Assembly: GCA_046542505.1 (NCBI GenBank)
Contig: JBKHBH010000071.1
Location: forward strand, 1 to 11,175
Origin: Thermovirgaceae bacterium
GTDB lineage: Bacteria; Synergistota; Synergistia; Synergistales; Thermovirgaceae
DNA: 11,175 nucleotides
Reading direction: 5' to 3'
A program made the translations under genes and the position numbers. Under the pieces are notes generated by a model that saw only the letters and a list, made by a program, of their open reading frames with translations, did no database searches and was not told the DNA's origin. This document shows positions 8,240 through 11,175 of this stretch, piece by piece. Numbering within the stretch: the first letter of the stretch is position 1; every line of letters begins with the position of its first letter.

Positions 8240-9070
8240 ATGGCGAAACAGTATCCGCGCACGGAGGTCCTGGCGCGCCTGAAGGGCCAGGTCGATAAAG
8301 GGAAGGCCCTCCTTTTGTTCGGGGCCGGCACGGGCCTGACGGCCAAATGCGCCGAAAAAGGCGGCGCGGACCTGATCTGCGTGTATTCCACGGCCCGCTG
8401 CCGCATGAGCGGCCGCCCTTCGCTGCTCGCCTGGCTCCCCTATGGAGACTGTAACCAGTCGACCTTCGAGATGGCCGGAGAGATCCTGCCCATGATCAAG
8501 GAAGCCCCGTGCATTGCCGGACTTGGAGCGCACGACCCGACGCTCGACCTTGACTATCTCGTCGAGGAAGCTCTTGCCCACGGGTTTTCTGGGGTAACCA
8601 ACGAGCCTTTCGCAGGCATGTACGGCGAGGCTTTCGGCACGGAACTCGAGCGGGCAGGCATGGGGTTCTCCCGGGAGGTGGAACTGGTCCGGACCGCCCG
8701 CAGGCGGGATGTCTTCACACTGGCCTGGGCCTTCAGCGCCGAAGAAGGGAAGGCAATGGCCGAAGCCGGGGCGGACGTAATCGGCGCCATGATCGGCGTC
8801 ACCTCCGGCGGCTTTACCGGGGCGGGCAAAACGGCATCCCTTGAAGAAGCCGTCCAGCGGATCCGTGAAATCTGCGACGCCGTCAGGGACGTGAACCCGA
8901 ATACATACGTCGTGACCCATGGAGGTCCCATCAAGGATCTGGAATCGGCTGAATTATCCATCAGGCAGACATCGGCCGTCGGCTACGTGGCCGGGTCGAG
9001 CGGTGAACGTATCCCCACGGAACGTGCGATTGTGGATCTGACGAAACGCTTCAAGGACATCGGAATATAG
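8240..9070 (+). CDS. PEP hydrolase family / TIM-barrel protein (PF09370), copy 2, diverged
   Basis: Paralogue of 5932-6774 (MAKQY.R.EV.ARLK, GAGTG, EKGGADL, PYGD, HGGPI, ERIP). ATG 8240 lies 1 nt after the upstream TGA, with a GGAG RBS inside the upstream gene end. Confidence 0.88.
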   Translation: MAKQYPRTEVLARLKGQVDKGKALLLFGAGTGLTAKCAEKGGADLICVYSTARCRMSGRPSLLAWLPYGDCNQSTFEMAGEILPMIKEAPCIAGLGAHDPTLDLDYLVEEALAHGFSGVTNEPFAGMYGEAFGTELERAGMGFSREVELVRTARRRDVFTLAWAFSAEEGKAMAEAGADVIGAMIGVTSGGFTGAGKTASLEEAVQRIREICDAVRDVNPNTYVVTHGGPIKDLESAELSIRQTSAVGYVAGSSGERIPTERAIVDLTKRFKDIGI

Positions 9071-9103
9071 GCAAAGAAGACAACCGGGTTTGGAAGAGGT
9101 TCT

Positions 9104-9146
9104 TCAAGCTGCGGTCATCTCGGCCGCAGCTTGATCTTTGCCTTTT
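9104..9146 (+). terminator. Intrinsic terminator of the RLP operon
   Basis: 13-bp stem TCAAGCTGCGGTC (9104-9116) / GGCCGCAGCTTGA (9122-9134) with one G-U pair and a 5-nt loop, followed by TCTTTGCCTTTT. Confidence 0.75.
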
Positions 9147-9180
9147 GCCTGTAACGGCCCATCATTTGCGAAAACCCGCC

Positions 9181-9585
9181 GGGGTCGGATCTTCGATTTA
9201 CTGATTTTCCATTTCCATCAGACTTTTGCTCCACTTCATCCGGCATGAGCAGGAAAAGGTTCTGAAGAAACCCCTAAATCAAAGATCTGAACATTCCGCT
9301 TATATTTTCAAGAGCTTGTTACAGATTCAGCAGGGTTTTCAGTGAGATGCTGGAGTTGTCGGTTATTGTTGTTTTCGCCTCTTGTAACCATGGACCACTT
9401 GACCCTCACCAGGTGCCTGCCACTCGCACGGACTGCCAGGTCCCGCAAGGTATTGAACCCATGCCGCAGGATGTCATTGCCGTGTTTTTCGAAATACAGC
9501 GAGGCTTGATCTTCGGTTTTGGGTTCAGAGCGATTCCGGTTGTCCGGCAGATTGAATACAATCAGTAGATAGAAGATCCGACCCC
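9181..9585. mobile_element. Non-autonomous MITE/REPIN-like element, copy 1 (405 bp)
   Basis: 26-bp terminal inverted repeats GGGGTCGGATCTTCGATTTACTGATT (9181-9206) / AATCAGTAGATAGAAGATCCGACCCC (9560-9585) with 2 mismatches. Sequence is duplicated at 10523-10798. No transposase and no target-site duplication seen. Confidence 0.7.
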
Positions 9586-9808
9586 ATTGGTTCCGGGGGC
9601 TTTCCTTTTCAAAAGAAAATTTGTAAAATTTTTTGACGGGAAGGGGCGCGCCTCCTGTCTTGTTCAATAATAATACTGCCCACGAAACATGTTTAAAAAC
9701 TAGCCTCCTATCTATATCAAAGTCAAGGTTGTTCTCTTTTTTCAAAGACGCCCCTTCCCCTTTTTCTCCAGCAAGCCCTTATTTCCAAGAATTGTTTTCA
9801 CTATCATT

Positions 9809-10435
9809 TCACCTCTTCCGTACAGCCTCGCCGCGGGTAATCCACGTCCAGGGCCTGAGTTTCGATGCGTAGAACCTGTCCAGGACGGGGCACTCGAAGC
9901 CTGCGACCTGAAGCAGCTCCACCACATCCCGGTCCAGGTGACACCCACCGGAAACTTTCTTCCACCAGGGTGTGAGGCGGCCCTGCCAGCGACTGACGGA
10001 ACCCTCGGGAGACCGCCCGTGCTCACAAAAGAGCAGGCGGCCACCAGGGCTGAGGACACGACGCATTTCCCGCAGCGCCCTCAGAGGATCCGAAACGGAA
10101 CAAAGGGTGAAAGTCAAAAGAACCGTGTCGAAGCTTTTGCTCTTGAAGGGCATCTCCTCGGCGACGGCATCGACCAGTGTCACAGGCAGGGCCGATCGCT
10201 CCAGTCGTTTCCGCGCGCGTTGCCGCATGGGCTCCGATGGTTCGAGTCCTACTATTTCCTTCATCCGGGAGGCGTTGTAAAAGGGGAGGTTCCTCCCCGA
10301 TCCAAACCCGACCTCGAGCACCCGCCCCCGGGCCCTCGGCACAATGATCCTGCGCTGGCGCTCAAGGAGCGTCACCCCGGCGGCCATATCAATGAAGTAC
10401 GGAAGCAGGTAGCGATCGTAAAGCTCACGAATCAC
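9809..10435 (-). CDS. Class I SAM methyltransferase, METTL7/MddH/PmtA-like (Methyltransf_11)
   Basis: VLEVGFGSGRNL, GLEPS, FDTV, LCSV, RVLSPGG, FCEHG and WQ..LTPWWK..SGGCHLDR. GTG at 10435 with AAGGAG at 10445-10450. The track's N-terminal extension runs into the repeat element. Confidence 0.88.
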   Translation of the reverse strand: MIRELYDRYLLPYFIDMAAGVTLLERQRRIIVPRARGRVLEVGFGSGRNLPFYNASRMKEIVGLEPSEPMRQRARKRLERSALPVTLVDAVAEEMPFKSKSFDTVLLTFTLCSVSDPLRALREMRRVLSPGGRLLFCEHGRSPEGSVSRWQGRLTPWWKKVSGGCHLDRDVVELLQVAGFECPVLDRFYASKLRPWTWITRGEAVRKR

Positions 10436-10522
10436 GGCGCCTTTCTCCTTTGAGGTCCTTCCGGGCCAGGCTTCCCGACCCCAGTATATACCGCTGAAAA
10501 ACCACCGGGGGCCAAAACCGCC

Positions 10523-10798
10523 GGGGTCGGATCTTCGATTTACTGATTTTCCATTTCCATCAGACTTTTGCTCCACTTCATTCGACCAATGATGAGCGGG
10601 AAATGGACACGATACCCCTCACCAGATGCCTGCCACTCGCATGGACTGCCAGGTCCCGCAAGGTATTGAACCCATGCCGCAGGACGTCATTGCCGTGTTT
10701 TTCGAAATACAGCGAGGCTTGATCTTCGGTTTTGGGTTCAGAGCGATTCCGGTTGTCCGGCAAATTGAATACAATCAGCAGATCGAAGATCCGACCCC
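10523..10798. mobile_element. Non-autonomous MITE/REPIN-like element, copy 2 (276 bp)
   Basis: Terminal inverted repeats at 10523-10548 / 10773-10798 (2 mismatches). 10523-10581 is identical to 9181-9239, and 10616-10798 matches 9403-9585 with 6 mismatches in 183 bp. Confidence 0.7.
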
Positions 10799-10992
10799 AA
10801 GGTGTTGGATAAAAATTAATGCAAATCGTCATGATTACAGCCCCCTGGGCTCTTAAACTTCTTCTTGTGCCTTCCGGCAACAGCAAGCGCGGGGTGTCTG
10901 ACATGGGAACATGAATGGTATTCAATTTTAATTTTATACGGATGCCACAAGGTACAACAGGCAATTTGTCTTTCGCAAAGGGGTGAAGACTG

Positions 10993-11175
10993 GTGAAAAA
11001 ACTCTGGCAACAGACAGCGGCGGCAATCGTCGTTTCGGGACTGCTCGTCACCATCGTGCTGCTCGGCGTCGCGAGCTATACCATCTACAATTCGGAAAAA
11101 TCGAATGTGGAAGAAAAAATGAACCTCCAGACCCATATCATGACCAACGACCTGGAAACCCTGCTGGGTGACGCC
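10993..11175 (+). CDS. 5' part of a membrane-anchored protein, likely a sensor (MCP, diguanylate cyclase or kinase type); truncated by the window end
   Basis: GTG at 10993 after a G-rich GGGGTG RBS-like motif. Reads MKKLWQQTAAAIVVSGLLVTIVLLGVASYTIYNSEKSNVEEKMNLQTHIMTNDLETLLGDA, i.e. one TM helix then an amphipathic helix, open to the window end. The product class is inferred. Confidence 0.7.
   Translation, partial: MKKLWQQTAAAIVVSGLLVTIVLLGVASYTIYNSEKSNVEEKMNLQTHIMTNDLETLLGDA

Noticed and set aside
9308..9745. 145-aa ORF, and the related 10578-11054 ORF, as real genes or a transposase
   Set aside because: Their shared peptide comes from the duplicated element, the frames cross its boundaries, and there is no HUH/Y1 or DDE motif. 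A remnant of a captured gene cannot be excluded.
9181..10798. CRISPR array or integron attC sites
   Set aside because: There is no regular repeat-spacer periodicity, the repeats are inverted pairs, and no RYYYAAC/GTTRRRY cores bound them.
10983..11171. 62-aa plus-strand ORF from the track
   Set aside because: The alternative frame from GTG 10993 has a properly spaced RBS and a clear TM helix, and it stays open to the window end.

Overview
GC-rich bacterial window, probably from a diderm anaerobe (taxonomy inferred, not checked). Left arm, minus strand: a class I SAM methyltransferase, a stand-alone HisD/HpsN-family dehydrogenase, a cysteine-free MliC/PliC-like lysozyme inhibitor, a PilZ protein, and a secreted coiled-coil/Pro-rich protein that runs off the window start. 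Centre, plus strand and divergently transcribed from a clear sigma70 promoter: a four-gene operon encoding a form IV RuBisCO-like protein (RLP), a PF09370 'PEP hydrolase'/TIM-barrel protein, a Tm-1-like UPF0261 protein and a second, motif-diverged PF09370 paralogue, followed by a terminator. Right: a METTL7/MddH-like methyltransferase bracketed by two direct copies of a MITE/REPIN-like element with 26-bp terminal inverted repeats, then the 5' end of a membrane sensor-type gene. Related GGGGTC...GACCCC repeats also sit in the left-arm intergenic gaps. The best candidates for novelty are the RLP/Tm-1-like/PF09370 operon, whose chemistry is unknown, and the repeat family that delimits unrelated genes.
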